Of a stretch of DNA of 64,000 nt, positions 38,995 through 51,389 are shown piece after piece (position 1 is the stretch's first letter; every line of letters starts with the position of its first letter). The position numbers and the translations under genes were made by a program. The stretch spans positions 8,094 to 72,093 of the forward strand of contig NZHE01000024.1 in NCBI GenBank assembly GCA_002691145.1, written 5' to 3'. The notes beneath the pieces are model-generated. The model worked only from the letters and a program-made list of their open reading frames with translations. It was not told the origin of the DNA and searched no databases. Source of the DNA: Rickettsiales bacterium (GTDB taxonomy: Bacteria > Pseudomonadota > Alphaproteobacteria > Methylaequorales > Methylaequoraceae).

Positions 38995-40929
38995 TTAATT
39001 ATCAAGGAAACTTCTGAGCTTTCTGGACCTGCTCGGATGCTTTAGTTTTCTTAAACCTTTAGCTTCAATTTGCCTTATTCTTTCTCTAGTAACTGAAAAT
39101 TGCTGTCCTACTTCTTCAAGAGTATGATCAGTATTCATACCAATTCCAAACCTCATTCTTAAAACCCTTTCCTCTCTAGGAGTTAATGTAGATAAAACAT
39201 TAGTCGTAGCCTCGCGAAGATTATTTTGAATCGCTGCATCTAAGGGAAGTTTAATATTTTTGTCTTCAATGAAATCACCAAGATGACTGTCGTCTTCATC
39301 ACCGACAGGAGTTTCTAAACTTATTGGCTCTTTTGCTATTTTCAGGACTTTCCTAACTTTCTCTAATGGCATACCAAGTCTGCTGGCTAGCTCTTCAGGT
39401 TGAGGCTCGACACCATTTTCATTTAATAACTGCCTGGAAACTCTAACAAGCTTACTGATTGTCTCTATCATATGAACTGGAATTCTGATAGTTCTAGCTT
39501 GGTCAGCAATAGATCTTGTAATTGCTTGTCTAATCCACCAGGTTGCATAGGTAGAAAATTTATACCCTCTCCTATATTCGAATTTATCAACAGCTTTCAT
39601 TAAACCAATATTTCCTTCCTGTATTAAATCTAAAAACTGAAGTCCTCTATTTGTGTATTTTTTTGCTATAGAAATTACAAGCCTTAAGTTAGCTTCTATC
39701 ATTTCTTTTTTAGCACAATTAGATTCTTTAACACCTTTACTAACTGATTTTGAAACGTCTTTAATTTCTTCGATGCTCATTAATGTGTTTTCGCTAATTG
39801 CGTGAATGGAGTCAAAGAGTTGGGAAACTTCATCCTTTTTACTAAATTGAACCCAATTCTTTTTCTTTCTTCTAGACAAGTTTTTAAGCCAAGATTTATT
39901 TAGAATATTACACGCAAATTCATTATTAAATTCATCATCTTTTATCCTTAATTTTTTAGCAATGTTAAGTAACTTGATTTGTGATATAGAAATTCTTTTA
40001 CTATACTGTGATAATTGTTCGACTATTTCGTCAATTCTAGTTTGATTGATGTAGAGGGTCTGAATTTTCTCTGAAACAATCTTCTTTAATTTTTGATATT
40101 TTCCAAAGACTTTCTTATCCAACTTTTTATTAGTAAACATTGATTCAACGTATTTTTTTTGAAGAGTTTTGAGTTCTCTAAATTTTTTTGAGAATTTTTC
40201 AAGTTTGTCAGAAATAATAGGTCTAAGATTTTCCTCTTTTTCTAAGATGGAAAGCTCAGACACTTCTTCAGAATTCTCATCATCTGAATCAGAAGTAAAA
40301 TCAGAGTCTTCATCTATTTCATTTTCAACATTATGTTCAAAAATTTCTTTGTTTTCTTTTGTATTTTCATTAATGAATACTGGCTCCTCATCATCACCAC
40401 TTATTGATCTATATGTTGAATCCAAATCTATTAAATCTCTTAATGGTCTCTGATCTTTTGAGTATGATGCAAAAAAATTATCTATGTATTGCATAGAAAT
40501 AAAACAGCTAGAAAAGGCTTCTATAGTTGTTTTTTTACCCTCTTCGATTCTTTTTGCGATCTTGATTTCACCTTCTCTAGAAAGTAGTTCAACATTTCCC
40601 ATCTCTTTAAGATACATCCTGACAGGATCGTCAGTTTTTCCAGGATCTTCTTCTTTATATCCAGAAGACATTAGTTTAGTTTCATCATCATTCTCAATTT
40701 CATCATCTATTTCGTGAATCTGGATTCCTAAAGAGGAAATTTTTGACTGAAATTCTTCAATTGTCTCAGATGACTCTTTAGCAAGTAGCCTCTCAATCTC
40801 AGTTAAGCCCAAAAAACCTTTTCTTTTACCTTTAGCTAAAAGCTTTTTCATTAATTCATTTGATTGATCTATTATAGGTTGCTCAATAATAGACTTTCTT
40901 ATTAACTTCTTATTTTTGTTTTCTGCCAT
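38995..40929 (-). CDS. rpoD: RNA polymerase primary sigma factor
   Basis: [46 protein letters not shown] and TRERIRQIE. Confidence 0.98.
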   Translation of the reverse strand: MAENKNKKLIRKSIIEQPIIDQSNELMKKLLAKGKRKGFLGLTEIERLLAKESSETIEEFQSKISSLGIQIHEIDDEIENDDETKLMSSGYKEEDPGKTDDPVRMYLKEMGNVELLSREGEIKIAKRIEEGKKTTIEAFSSCFISMQYIDNFFASYSKDQRPLRDLIDLDSTYRSISGDDEEPVFINENTKENKEIFEHNVENEIDEDSDFTSDSDDENSEEVSELSILEKEENLRPIISDKLEKFSKKFRELKTLQKKYVESMFTNKKLDKKVFGKYQKLKKIVSEKIQTLYINQTRIDEIVEQLSQYSKRISISQIKLLNIAKKLRIKDDEFNNEFACNILNKSWLKNLSRRKKKNWVQFSKKDEVSQLFDSIHAISENTLMSIEEIKDVSKSVSKGVKESNCAKKEMIEANLRLVISIAKKYTNRGLQFLDLIQEGNIGLMKAVDKFEYRRGYKFSTYATWWIRQAITRSIADQARTIRIPVHMIETISKLVRVSRQLLNENGVEPQPEELASRLGMPLEKVRKVLKIAKEPISLETPVGDEDDSHLGDFIEDKNIKLPLDAAIQNNLREATTNVLSTLTPREERVLRMRFGIGMNTDHTLEEVGQQFSVTRERIRQIEAKGLRKLKHPSRSRKLRSFLDN

Positions 40930-41030
40930 TTATAATTTAAAGTTAGGAGTTATCTTAAAGATATTGGTAATCCAATAAAAAAAACAATGTAATTATTAAA
41001 CTCTAAATTATTAACGTAATATGAACATTT

Positions 41031-42791
41031 TTAAATTTCTCGTTTTTTAATGGAATTAATTTCTTTATTTAGTTTATGGTACTTCTTTAACAAAAAAGGC
41101 ATATCAATATTTTTTATATTTTCTATCATTTCTTTTTTTAATAAATCTCTCTCTGCAATTAAAGCGGGTAACTGCAGATTTTTAAGAATATTCTTAACTA
41201 ATTCTTTTTTTTCATTATTATTTAGATCTTTAAAATGATCTAACTTTACTTTTTCGAACAATTTTTTTTGTTCTGAAAAATAGTCTAAAAAATGATTTGT
41301 TAATTCAAAATCTTTTAAGTCCTGACTATTAATAATTTTTTTTATGATTATTTCCTTTTTCTCTTGAAGCTTTAAGTCTTTAAATTTCAAAGAAGCAATA
41401 TCTTCTAAAGAGTCTAACATTATTTTGGAGTTAAATATTAAAATCGAAATCAAAATAATTTCATTTATATCTTTAATCTCATTAAAATTTTTTAACTTTG
41501 TTGTATCATTTTTTTTATAAAAATTAGTATTATCAACATTCCTAAAAAAATCATTTTTCTTTTTTTTTAAAAACCTGTAATATTCGCTCGCAACATTTCT
41601 ATCCTCAATCTTATTACAAATAATTTTAATATCTTTATCAATCAAAGCAATATTTTCTGGCGTAAATATTTCATGTTTATTTTTAATTTCCTCCCAGATG
41701 AATTCTGATAGGGGGATTGAGCCTTCCAGTAGTCTACAAAATGATTCTTTTCCAAAACTTTTAATGTAATCGTCAGGATCAGTATTATCAGGTAAATTAA
41801 TAAATTTTATTGATTTGCCTGGTTTTAATATTTTTAAAACTCTTCCTGTGAGATTTTTCATCGCTTTTCTTCCCGCTTCATCTCCGTCAAAACAAACTAT
41901 TGGGGTATTTAAATGGTTCCATAACTTTAAAATTTGATTTTCAGAAACAGCTGTTCCAAGCGCCGCAACAGAGGTTGTAATTTCATTTGAATCAAGAGAA
42001 ATAACATCAAGATAACCCTCAACTAAAATGACTTGATTCTCTGCTTTTATATTATTCAAATTCTGAGTCATCCCATATAAACCATCCCCTTTTTTAAAAA
42101 TTTCATTTTCTTGGGAATTTATATACTTTATCTTAGAGTTATTCGTTGTTCTTCCTCCAAATCCAATAATTTCTTTTAAATTATTGTAAATTGGAAAAGT
42201 AATTCTGTTTCCAAACCTATTAAACAAGGAATTATCTTTTGATGATTTAATTAAAATTCCTACTTCAAGCAGATCTTCTGCAAAATAACCATATTGCTCA
42301 CAATATTTTTTTAAGGGCTCAATTCTAGACATACAAAAACCAATGGAAAATTTTTGTATTGAACTCTTTTTTATTTTCCTATCTTCTAAATATTGAAGAA
42401 TAATTTTGTTGTTTGATAAAGAATCTTTAAAAAAGTCATTGATAACTTTATTTATTTCGATAATTTTTTTTTTATTATTATCTTTAGCGAACGAATTATT
42501 TTCGGTCATTGGTATGCCTACATAATCACAAATAAATTTTAAACTCTCTTTCGCAGTAAGATTTTTATACTTTGAAACAAAGTTAAATACATTTCCCCCT
42601 TCTCCACAACCAAAACAATAATAAAGACCCTTATCATCACTTACAGTGAAAGAGGGAGTTTTTTCTTTATGGAATGGACAAATGGCAATATGTGAATTGC
42701 CTCGATTTTTTAATTCCAAGAATTGACTTAAGAATTCAGATAATTTTGCTTTGTTATTAAAATGATTAATAATTTCTTCAGCTGATGTCAT
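41031..42791 (-). CDS. dnaG: DNA primase
   Basis: CPFH.EKTPSF zinc finger, KYINS, VEGYLDV, CFDGD.AG and DPDD. Confidence 0.96.
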   Translation of the reverse strand: MTSAEEIINHFNNKAKLSEFLSQFLELKNRGNSHIAICPFHKEKTPSFTVSDDKGLYYCFGCGEGGNVFNFVSKYKNLTAKESLKFICDYVGIPMTENNSFAKDNNKKKIIEINKVINDFFKDSLSNNKIILQYLEDRKIKKSSIQKFSIGFCMSRIEPLKKYCEQYGYFAEDLLEVGILIKSSKDNSLFNRFGNRITFPIYNNLKEIIGFGGRTTNNSKIKYINSQENEIFKKGDGLYGMTQNLNNIKAENQVILVEGYLDVISLDSNEITTSVAALGTAVSENQILKLWNHLNTPIVCFDGDEAGRKAMKNLTGRVLKILKPGKSIKFINLPDNTDPDDYIKSFGKESFCRLLEGSIPLSEFIWEEIKNKHEIFTPENIALIDKDIKIICNKIEDRNVASEYYRFLKKKKNDFFRNVDNTNFYKKNDTTKLKNFNEIKDINEIILISILIFNSKIMLDSLEDIASLKFKDLKLQEKKEIIIKKIINSQDLKDFELTNHFLDYFSEQKKLFEKVKLDHFKDLNNNEKKELVKNILKNLQLPALIAERDLLKKEMIENIKNIDMPFLLKKYHKLNKEINSIKKREI

Positions 42792-43255
42792 TGCTTAGAC
42801 AATTTTTCTTTTGCAAGAATGGCAACCTTTTTTAGATCTAATTGTCCAGGATATTTATCTTTCAAGATATTTATTAGTTTTCCGAGATCCTTTATGCCAG
42901 TTGCATCAATCTCAATACATAATTCTTTGATTATTTCATTTAATTCTTTTTCACCTATCTGTTTTGGCAAGAAAGTTTCAATAATTTCAATTTCTTTTTG
43001 CTCTCTTTCTTTTAAATCAATTCTATTTGCTTCTTGATAGATTTTTACACTTTCTTTTCTTTGTTTAACCATATTTTGTAAAAGATTTAAAATTTCTGAA
43101 TCAGAAATATGATTTTCTTCATTCTTTGAACGATACTCTATGTCTCTATCTTTTACTGCTGCTAGGATAAGTCTAGTCGTAGATATTGCAATATCATCTT
43201 GTTTTTTAATATTAAAATCTAGAAAATTTTTAAATTTTTCTCTTAAGTCACTCAT
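42788..43255 (-). CDS. GatB/YqeY domain protein
   Basis: RLILAAVKDRDI, MVKQRKES and FLPKQ; upstream of dnaG. Confidence 0.9.
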   Translation of the reverse strand: MSDLREKFKNFLDFNIKKQDDIAISTTRLILAAVKDRDIEYRSKNEENHISDSEILNLLQNMVKQRKESVKIYQEANRIDLKEREQKEIEIIETFLPKQIGEKELNEIIKELCIEIDATGIKDLGKLINILKDKYPGQLDLKKVAILAKEKLSKQ

Positions 43256-43371
43256 AAATTTCTCATAATAACTATTTTTTTATTACACTTTAAAAAAAAT
43301 TAATCAAGTTTTTATAATTTGAAAAACTGCACTTGAATTTTATTAAAATGAATGTTTAATTGAAATGTTTA

Positions 43372-44538
43372 ATGAAAAAAAAAAATTCAATAAAATTAAA
43401 AAGAAATGCAGTTCTAATTTTAGAGAATGGTGGAACTTTTTACGGCTATGGTTTTGGACTTCAAGGAACCACTGTAGGTGAAATTTGCTTTAATACTTCA
43501 ATCACTGGTTACCAAGAAATTTTAACAGATCCCTCTTATATGGATCAAATAATAACGTTTACTTTTCCTCATATTGGAATTGTTGGTACAAATAAATATG
43601 ACAATGAAAGTGAAAAAATTTATTCTTCAGGTTGTGTGGTAAATAATTCTATAACGCCTGCCTCTAATTTCAGATCAGAGATTTTTTTTGATCTATGGAT
43701 GAAAAAAAATAAAAAAACTTGTATTTCTGGAATAGACACAAGAAGTTTAACAAAAATTATAAGAAACGAAGGGGCATTAAAAAGTTTAATTCATTATTCG
43801 GATGATGCTAAATTTAATTTAAAGAAACTAAAATTGCAGCTTAAAAAATTTCCATCCATGAAGTCTCAGGATTTAGCTAAAAAAATATCAACAAAAAAAA
43901 TCTATAAATGGTCCAAAAATGTTAAAAAAACAGTTAATGATATTTCACAACTAAGAAATAAAAAGTTTATAGCAGTAATTGATTTCGGAATTAAGAAAAA
44001 TATTCTAAATCTTTTAGAAAAAAATAATGTTGATATTTTAGTTTTTCCTCTGAATTACGATTTTGAAATAATCTTGAAGCTTAATCCAATTGGAATTTTT
44101 TTATCGAATGGACCAGGTGATCCGAAAGCGACATATTTAAAAATTAGAAATAGCCTTTCAAAAATTACAAATAAAAAAATCCCAATATTTGGTATTTGTT
44201 TAGGTCATCAAATTTTAGCTCTTGCATTAGGAGCTCAAACTGAAAAAATGCATCACGGCCATAGAGGAGCTAATCATCCGATCAAATCAATTAATACTCA
44301 AAGAGTTGAAATTACAGTACAAAATCATGGTTTTGTTGTAAGTAATAAAAATCTTCCTAATAAAATAGTCGTGACACATAGGTCTCTTTTTGATGGTACA
44401 ATTGCTGGAATAAAGTGTAAAAATAAACCTTTTTTTTCTGTGCAGTTTCATCCTGAAGCATCTCCAGGACCACATGATAGCAAGTACTTATTTGATAATT
44501 TCAATGAAGAAGTAAAAAAATATGCCCAAAAGAGATGA
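43372..44538 (+). CDS. carA: Carbamoyl-phosphate synthase small subunit
   Basis: [26 protein letters not shown] and [12 protein letters not shown]. Start uncertain (43360-43372). Confidence 0.97.
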   Translation: MKKKNSIKLKRNAVLILENGGTFYGYGFGLQGTTVGEICFNTSITGYQEILTDPSYMDQIITFTFPHIGIVGTNKYDNESEKIYSSGCVVNNSITPASNFRSEIFFDLWMKKNKKTCISGIDTRSLTKIIRNEGALKSLIHYSDDAKFNLKKLKLQLKKFPSMKSQDLAKKISTKKIYKWSKNVKKTVNDISQLRNKKFIAVIDFGIKKNILNLLEKNNVDILVFPLNYDFEIILKLNPIGIFLSNGPGDPKATYLKIRNSLSKITNKKIPIFGICLGHQILALALGAQTEKMHHGHRGANHPIKSINTQRVEITVQNHGFVVSNKNLPNKIVVTHRSLFDGTIAGIKCKNKPFFSVQFHPEASPGPHDSKYLFDNFNEEVKKYAQKR

Positions 44539-47500
44539 TTTAAATTCAATTTTAATTATTGGTGCGGGACCTATAATTATAGGACAAGCATGTGAATTTG
44601 ATTATTCAGGAGCTCAAGCATGTAAGGCTCTTAAAGAAGAGGGTTTAAAAGTTATACTTGTGAATAGTAACCCAGCCACTATTATGACTGATCCAGACAT
44701 GGCTGATTCCACATATATTGAACCAATAACAGTCGAATCTATTGAAAAAATAATAAAAAAGGAAAAACCAGATGCTTTACTCTCAACTATGGGAGGACAA
44801 ACCGCACTGAATATATCAATTGAACTGGAAGAAAAACAAATCTTAGCAAAATACAATGTTGAATTAATAGGCGCTACAAAAGAAGTTATAGAAAAGGCTG
44901 AGAACAGGCAACTATTTAAAAAGTCAATGAGAAAAATTGGTTTAGAAACACCGAGAGGAACAATAGTTAAAAATATTTCTCAAGGATTACATGCATTAAA
45001 GAAAATTAGTTTTCCAATAATACTTAGACCTTCTTTTACACTTGGAGGAGCAGGTGGAGGAGTCGCAAAAAATAAAAAAAAATTTATAGAAATTTTAAAT
45101 AAGGGCTTGTCACTGTCTCCAATCAATGAAGTATTAATTGAAGAATCTGTTATTGGTTGGAAAGAGTATGAAATGGAAGTAGTAAGAGATAAAAATGATA
45201 ACTGTATAATTGTTTGCTCTATTGAAAACATCGATCCTATGGGAGTTCATACCGGTGATTCTGCTACGGTTGCTCCAGCTCTGACCTTAACAGATAAAGA
45301 ATATCAAAAAATGAGAATTGATTCTATAAATGTGTTAAAGGAAATAGGAGTAGAAACTGGGGGCTCTAATGTACAGTTTGCTATAAATCCAAAAACAGGT
45401 AAAAATATAGTTATTGAAATGAATCCTAGAGTATCTAGATCATCTGCACTAGCATCAAAAGCAACAGGATTTCCAATTGCTAGAGTTGCCGCTAAGTTGG
45501 CTATTGGATATACTTTAGATGAGTTAAGAAATGATATAACTGAAGTTATTCCAGCTTCATTTGAACCTACAATAGATTACATTGTAACAAAAATTCCAAG
45601 GTTTACTTTTGAAAAATTTAATCAGACAGATGCAATTCTTGGTACAGCAATGAAATCTATAGGGGAGTGTATGTCGATAGGAAGGAATTTCAAAGAATCT
45701 TTTCAAAAAGCAATAAGAAGTCTTGAAATTGGTTTTTGCGGTTTTGAAGTTCCAAAAGAGTTTAAAAAGAATAAACAAGATTTACTTAAATTATTGAAGA
45801 AAGAAATTCCCTACAAATTTTTATTAATTGCAGAGTGTTTAAGAAAAAAAATTACTGTCAAGGAAATATGCAAAATTACAAATTATGATGAATGGTTTGT
45901 TCAACAATTTTTTGAAATAATTCAATTAGAAGAAGAAATTATAAATCAAAACATAGATTTTGAAACTTACAAACATTGTAAAGAGAATGGCTTCTCAGAC
46001 AAACGAATTTCTCAGTTAAGTAATACTACTCTAAACAGTATTGAAAATTTAAAAAAAAGTAATAAATTCCATATTTGTTTTAAAACAATTGACACCTGTT
46101 CAGCTGAGTTTCCTTCAAAAACACCATATATGTATTCTTCTTTTTCTAACGTAGATTCATCGCCTCAATTTGAGAATGAAACTCAAATAAGCAAAAGAAA
46201 AAAAGTTATAATCTTGGGAGGAGGTCCGAACAGAATTGGACAAGGTATTGAATTTGACTATTGTTGTGTTCATGCTGCTTTTGCGCTTAAAGAGTTAAAC
46301 ATTGAGTCTATTATGATTAATTGTAATCCTGAGACTGTCTCTACTGATTTTGATATTTCTGATAGACTTTATTTTGAGCCACTTGATCATGAATCTGTAA
46401 TATCGATCTGTAATGCTGAAAACAGTAAAGGTAAATTACTTGGTGTCATTGTTCAACTTGGTGGTCAAACACCTTTAAAACTTTCGAAAGCTCTAGTCAA
46501 AAACAATATAAAAATATTAGGAACTTCATTCAATTCTATAGACTTAGCTGAAAATAGAGAAAAATTTAAGTCATTAATAAATGAGCTATCTCTTAATCAG
46601 CCAGAAAATTATATAGTGAATAGTTATAAAGAAGCAAAAAAAATTATTAATAAAATTAAGTTTCCTGTAGTAATTAGACCCTCTTACGTTTTAGGAGGAA
46701 GGGCTATGAAAATCGTATACAACTCTGGTGAGCTAGAAAGTTATTTTTTCTCAGAGAATGTGGAATCTACATCAAATATATTAATTGATAAATTTTTAAA
46801 TGATGCAAAAGAAATCGATGTTGACGCTTTATCAGACGGAAAGGATGTATATATAGCAGGAATTCTTGAGCACATTGAGGAGGCTGGCATTCATTCAGGC
46901 GATTCTGCCTGTTCGCTACCTCCGCAAAATATAGATCACAATATCATTAAAGAAATAAAACTTATTACGACAAGAATCGCAAAGAAATTAAAAATCAAAG
47001 GTCTTATTAATATTCAATTTGCGGTCAAGGATAATTCAATTTTTTTAATTGAAGTTAATCCTAGAGCTAGCAGAACAGTTCCATTCATTGCTAAAGCAAA
47101 AGGTATTCCCATAGCTAAAATTGCAACCAAACTAATGGCAGGTATTAAATTAAAAAAGTTTAAATTAATTGATAAATCCACAGAATATGTAAGTGTAAAA
47201 GAATCAGTATTTCCTTTTGATAGATTCCCTGATGAAGACACAATTTTAGGACCTGAAATGAAATCTACAGGAGAGGTTATGGGAATTGACAAAAATTTTC
47301 CAATGGCTTTCGTTAAATCCCAAATTGCGTCTGGAAATAGACTTCCAAAGAGCGGAAATGTTTTTATATCCGTTAAAGATAACGATAAAGAGAATATAAT
47401 TTTAATGTCGCAGATGCTTAGTAAATTAGGTTTTAAACTTTTTGGAACTTCTGGAACAGCAAATTTCCTAAGAAAATACTGTATTGAAATTCAAACTGTG

Positions 47501-47746
47501 AATAAAGTAAGACAGGGTCATCCTCATATTGTTGATTTGATTAATGATAAAAAAATAAGTTTAATTTTTAATACAACTCAAGATCCTAAGTCTGTAAAGG
47601 ACAGCCATTCTATAAGAATTTCTGCTATTAAAAATAAAATACCTTATTTTACAACTATTTCAGCAGCAAAACTTGCTATTTCAGGAATCAATGTAATGCT
47701 TAATCAACCTCTTGATGTTAAGTCACTCCATGAATATTATAAATAA
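44522..47746 (+). CDS. carB: Carbamoyl-phosphate synthase large subunit
   Basis: [10 protein letters not shown], duplicated ATP-grasp domains, [10 protein letters not shown] and an MGS domain. Confidence 0.98.
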   Translation: MPKRDDLNSILIIGAGPIIIGQACEFDYSGAQACKALKEEGLKVILVNSNPATIMTDPDMADSTYIEPITVESIEKIIKKEKPDALLSTMGGQTALNISIELEEKQILAKYNVELIGATKEVIEKAENRQLFKKSMRKIGLETPRGTIVKNISQGLHALKKISFPIILRPSFTLGGAGGGVAKNKKKFIEILNKGLSLSPINEVLIEESVIGWKEYEMEVVRDKNDNCIIVCSIENIDPMGVHTGDSATVAPALTLTDKEYQKMRIDSINVLKEIGVETGGSNVQFAINPKTGKNIVIEMNPRVSRSSALASKATGFPIARVAAKLAIGYTLDELRNDITEVIPASFEPTIDYIVTKIPRFTFEKFNQTDAILGTAMKSIGECMSIGRNFKESFQKAIRSLEIGFCGFEVPKEFKKNKQDLLKLLKKEIPYKFLLIAECLRKKITVKEICKITNYDEWFVQQFFEIIQLEEEIINQNIDFETYKHCKENGFSDKRISQLSNTTLNSIENLKKSNKFHICFKTIDTCSAEFPSKTPYMYSSFSNVDSSPQFENETQISKRKKVIILGGGPNRIGQGIEFDYCCVHAAFALKELNIESIMINCNPETVSTDFDISDRLYFEPLDHESVISICNAENSKGKLLGVIVQLGGQTPLKLSKALVKNNIKILGTSFNSIDLAENREKFKSLINELSLNQPENYIVNSYKEAKKIINKIKFPVVIRPSYVLGGRAMKIVYNSGELESYFFSENVESTSNILIDKFLNDAKEIDVDALSDGKDVYIAGILEHIEEAGIHSGDSACSLPPQNIDHNIIKEIKLITTRIAKKLKIKGLINIQFAVKDNSIFLIEVNPRASRTVPFIAKAKGIPIAKIATKLMAGIKLKKFKLIDKSTEYVSVKESVFPFDRFPDEDTILGPEMKSTGEVMGIDKNFPMAFVKSQIASGNRLPKSGNVFISVKDNDKENIILMSQMLSKLGFKLFGTSGTANFLRKYCIEIQTVNKVRQGHPHIVDLINDKKISLIFNTTQDPKSVKDSHSIRISAIKNKIPYFTTISAAKLAISGINVMLNQPLDVKSLHEYYK

Positions 47747-47804
47747 TAGAAATATCAATTTTTTTTTACTATAATAAAAATTTAAATAATTTTGGAATTA
47801 GATT

Positions 47805-48281
47805 ATGACAGAAAAGTATCCCATGACTCCTGATGGTTATAAAAAATTAAAATCTGAGCTAGAAAATCTTAAGATTATTCAAAGGCCCAATATTATTAAA
47901 GCGATTGCTGAAGCAAGAGAGCATGGGGATCTGTCTGAAAATGCTGAATATCATGCGGCTAGAGAAAAACAAAGTTTCATCGAGGGTAAAATTGGAGACC
48001 TAGAATCAAAAATTAGCAGAGCTCATGTCATTGAACTAGATAAACTTGACAGTTCAAAAGTAATTTTTGGCGCTACTGTTGAGCTGATTGAATTAGAAAG
48101 TGAAAAAGTCTTATCCTATAAAATTGTTGGGGTTGATGAGGCAGATATAGAAAAAAAGATGATTTCAGTTAATGCCCCATTATGCAAAGCAATGATTAAT
48201 AAGAAAATTAATGATTATATCGAAGTGCAAACTCCTAACGGAGTGAAGGAATATCAAATTATGTCAATAAAATTTATTTAA
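47805..48281 (+). CDS. greA: Transcription elongation factor GreA
   Basis: HGDLSENAEYHAARE.Q. Confidence 0.97.
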   Translation: MTEKYPMTPDGYKKLKSELENLKIIQRPNIIKAIAEAREHGDLSENAEYHAAREKQSFIEGKIGDLESKISRAHVIELDKLDSSKVIFGATVELIELESEKVLSYKIVGVDEADIEKKMISVNAPLCKAMINKKINDYIEVQTPNGVKEYQIMSIKFI

Positions 48282-49220
48282 ATGTCTGATATTCAAAATG
48301 TTACAATAATTGGTTCAGGTCCTGCAGGATATACAGCAGCAATTTATGCAGCTCGCTCAGGATTGTCTCCCCTACTCCTAACTGGCCTTGAACCAGGAGG
48401 GCAATTAATGATCACTAATGATGTTGAAAATTTTCCTGGTTTTGAAAAACCAGTTGAAGGGCCATGGTTGATGGATCAGATGAAAAAACAAGCGCAATCA
48501 GTTGGCACGATCATAGATTATGATAGAGTAACAAATTTAGTTTTAAAAAAATATCCATATGAAGCTCACACAGAAAAAGGAAGAATTATAAAAACTTACA
48601 GTATTATAATTTCAACTGGTGCAAAGGCTAAATGGTTAGGAATACCAGGCGAAGAAAAGTTTACTGGGTTTGGTGTGTCAGCTTGCGCAACATGTGATGG
48701 TTTTTTTTATAAAAATAGAAATGTTGCAGTAATTGGTGGAGGAAATACTGCGCTTGAAGAGGCTATATTTTTGTCAAATATATGTAAAAAAGTAACAATA
48801 ATTCACAGAAGAGATAAGTTTAGAGCAGAGAAAATTTTACAAGACAGATTATTTAAAAAAAAAAATATAGAGGTTATTTGGAACTCAAATGTGATTGCAA
48901 TTGATGGTGAAGATTCACCAAAAATACTGAAAAAAATTAAAGTCTTGAGGGAAAAAAAGGAAAGTTATATTGAACTAGACGGTCTTTTTGTTGCTATTGG
49001 TCATAGTCCTGCAACTGAAATTTTTCGGGACCTATTACCAATGGACTCAGAGGGATATATTTTTACAGAAAACAACTCTACAAAAACAAAAGTAAAGGGA
49101 GTCTTTGCTGCTGGTGACGTGACAGACAAAATATACAGACAAGCTGTTACGGCTGCGGGCATGGGTTGTATGAGTGCGATTGAAGCAGAAAATTATCTCA
49201 ATGAAATCAATGTTATTTAG
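48282..49220 (+). CDS. trxB: Thioredoxin reductase
   Basis: GSGPAG, SACATCDG, GGGNTALEEA and AAGDV.D..YRQAVTAAG.G. Confidence 0.97.
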   Translation: MSDIQNVTIIGSGPAGYTAAIYAARSGLSPLLLTGLEPGGQLMITNDVENFPGFEKPVEGPWLMDQMKKQAQSVGTIIDYDRVTNLVLKKYPYEAHTEKGRIIKTYSIIISTGAKAKWLGIPGEEKFTGFGVSACATCDGFFYKNRNVAVIGGGNTALEEAIFLSNICKKVTIIHRRDKFRAEKILQDRLFKKKNIEVIWNSNVIAIDGEDSPKILKKIKVLREKKESYIELDGLFVAIGHSPATEIFRDLLPMDSEGYIFTENNSTKTKVKGVFAAGDVTDKIYRQAVTAAGMGCMSAIEAENYLNEINVI

Positions 49221-50121
49221 ATAAAATTCCGTCTAAAATTTTTTCATGTGTATAACATTTCAATTTATTTTCACGAGCATAAGAAACAACAAATCCTGAC
49301 AACCAATTTAATTCAAGTTTTTTTTTATTTGTGAAATCTAAATACATTGAAGATGTCATTTGGTATGGCATATTTTTTATTTTTGTTTTCCAAACTTCTA
49401 CTGGATCATTCTTGAATTTAATTTTAAATCTCTTTGAAACTTCGTAAGTTTCTGTCATAGCTTTGATAAACATTTTCTCCAATTTACTATCATCAAATAT
49501 CTCTCCGATTGTCTTTGAAGTAAGAGTAGTTATACCACTGTAGGCTGATAGAAATATAAATTTCTCCCATAATTTTGCAGAAATATTATCAGTTAATCTT
49601 AAGTCTAGTCCTATTTTTCTTGCATCTTGTACAAAATTTTTTAATTTATCGTTAATGTTGTTGGTTACATATCCACCAACAAAAAAAGTGGCCAACTTAC
49701 CAATGTGAACGACTTCAAAGTTTGGGTTTAAAAAACATGAAATTTGAGCAACTGCTCCGTAAGTATTTAACTTCCCAAAAAACTTTAAAATTTTCTCTTC
49801 TGAATAAACACCATTTTGAAATGGTAAAATTATGATATCTTTATTTAATTTGTTTCTAATTTCTTCTAAAGCTGATTCAAAATCATAGAGTTTTACAGCT
49901 AAAATAACAAAATCATACGCCTCGCCATTTGATAACGAATCTTTTACATTTATTTTTTCAAATTTCAAGTTATGCACATCACTTCTTAAGACGATACCCT
50001 TTTTTTTTAGGGATTCATATTTATCGTGCCTTGACAGAAAAGTAATCTCGTAATTTGTTTTCAGTAGTAAAGAACCTAGATAACCACCGATTCCACCAAC
50101 TCCATAAATCAAAATTTTCAT
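49213..50121 (-). CDS. panE: 2-dehydropantoate 2-reductase family protein
   Basis: G.GGIGGY.G, AVKLYD, QNGV, LWEKF and SSM..D....K.LE. Confidence 0.88.
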   Translation of the reverse strand: MKILIYGVGGIGGYLGSLLLKTNYEITFLSRHDKYESLKKKGIVLRSDVHNLKFEKINVKDSLSNGEAYDFVILAVKLYDFESALEEIRNKLNKDIIILPFQNGVYSEEKILKFFGKLNTYGAVAQISCFLNPNFEVVHIGKLATFFVGGYVTNNINDKLKNFVQDARKIGLDLRLTDNISAKLWEKFIFLSAYSGITTLTSKTIGEIFDDSKLEKMFIKAMTETYEVSKRFKIKFKNDPVEVWKTKIKNMPYQMTSSMYLDFTNKKKLELNWLSGFVVSYARENKLKCYTHEKILDGILSK

Positions 50122-51323
50122 TATTCTAAATGGCTTACTGCTTCTTTAATCTTCTTAATTGCAAAGTCAAGTTGCTTCATAGAAGAGGCATAAGAAATTC
50201 TAAAATATGGAGATTTCCCAAATGCTACACCAGGAACAACTGCCACACCTGCCTGTTCTAAAAGATAATCAGCAAAGTCGAGATCAGATTTAATTTCCTG
50301 ACCATTTTTTCTTTTTTTTGATAATAATCCCTGACATGAAACAAATAAATAAAAAGCACCTTTAGGTTTTAAACACTTAAGTCCTTTGATTTGATTAAAA
50401 GAATTGAAAACAAACTCTCTTCTTTTTGTAAATTGATCAATCCAGTCTTTTAAAAATTCTTTATTCGATGAAAGAGCTGCAATAGCAGCCATTTGACTAA
50501 TTGATGAGGGATTAGTGGTACTTTGTGACTGAATTTTTGACATACAGTTTATCAATTCTTTAGATCCAGCTCCATAACCAATCCGCCATCCTGTCATGGA
50601 ATATGCTTTTGAAACACCATTAACTATAAAACTTCTTTCATACAGCGATGGTTCTACATTGATTATGTTGTAAAACTCATAATCATCATATATGATATGC
50701 TCATATATATCATCAGAAAGTATCCAGACATTTTCATGTTTCATTAATACCTTTGCAATTTCCGATAACTCTGTTTTTGTATAAACTGAACCTGTAGGAT
50801 TTGAAGGAGAATTTACTATGACCCATTTGGTATTTTTATTAATTGCTTTTTCTAGTTTATTTGCTGAAATTTTAAAATTTTCATCTTCATTTGTTTCAAT
50901 AATTATCGGCTTTCCTCCACATAGTGAAACGATTTCAGGATAAGAAACCCAATATGGTGAGGGAATTATTACTTCATCATTTGTATTTAGAGTTGACATG
51001 AATAAATTATAAATTACGTGCTTTCCCCCAACACCGACAGTTATTTGCTCAGTATTGTATTCAATTAAATTATCAATTTTAAACTTTTCTACAATAGCTT
51101 CTTTTAAGCTGATTACCCCGTCTACTGCTGTATACTTAGTAAATCCCTCGTTAATTGCGCTTATAGCTTTTTGTTTTATGTGTAATGGTGTATCAAAATC
51201 AGGTTCTCCCGAACTTAAACTGACAATCTCTTTTCCAACTCTTTTAAGTTCTCTTGCTTTCTGACTAATTTTAACAGTTAATGAGGGTTTAAATTTATTC
51301 AATTTTTCGGAAAAAAATGACAT
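50121..51323 (-). CDS. Aspartate aminotransferase (class I/II PLP enzyme)
   Basis: GEPDFDTP, NSPSNPTG, SDDIYEH and GVSKAYSMTGWRIG (PLP Lys). ATG 51323 is preferred over 51338. Confidence 0.93.
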   Translation of the reverse strand: MSFFSEKLNKFKPSLTVKISQKARELKRVGKEIVSLSSGEPDFDTPLHIKQKAISAINEGFTKYTAVDGVISLKEAIVEKFKIDNLIEYNTEQITVGVGGKHVIYNLFMSTLNTNDEVIIPSPYWVSYPEIVSLCGGKPIIIETNEDENFKISANKLEKAINKNTKWVIVNSPSNPTGSVYTKTELSEIAKVLMKHENVWILSDDIYEHIIYDDYEFYNIINVEPSLYERSFIVNGVSKAYSMTGWRIGYGAGSKELINCMSKIQSQSTTNPSSISQMAAIAALSSNKEFLKDWIDQFTKRREFVFNSFNQIKGLKCLKPKGAFYLFVSCQGLLSKKRKNGQEIKSDLDFADYLLEQAGVAVVPGVAFGKSPYFRISYASSMKQLDFAIKKIKEAVSHLE

Positions 51324-51389
51324 ATAATATCTAATCAAAAATAAAAATTTAAAAAAGTGATTTTTTAATTATATAATAAGTTTTATATA

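Noticed and set aside
41012-41026. TAAC-N7-GAAC, resembling the alphaproteobacterial LexA box
   Set aside because: The match is imperfect and lies upstream of rpoD rather than an SOS gene. No clean GTTC-N7-GTTC was seen before uvrB, uvrC, uvrD or recN.
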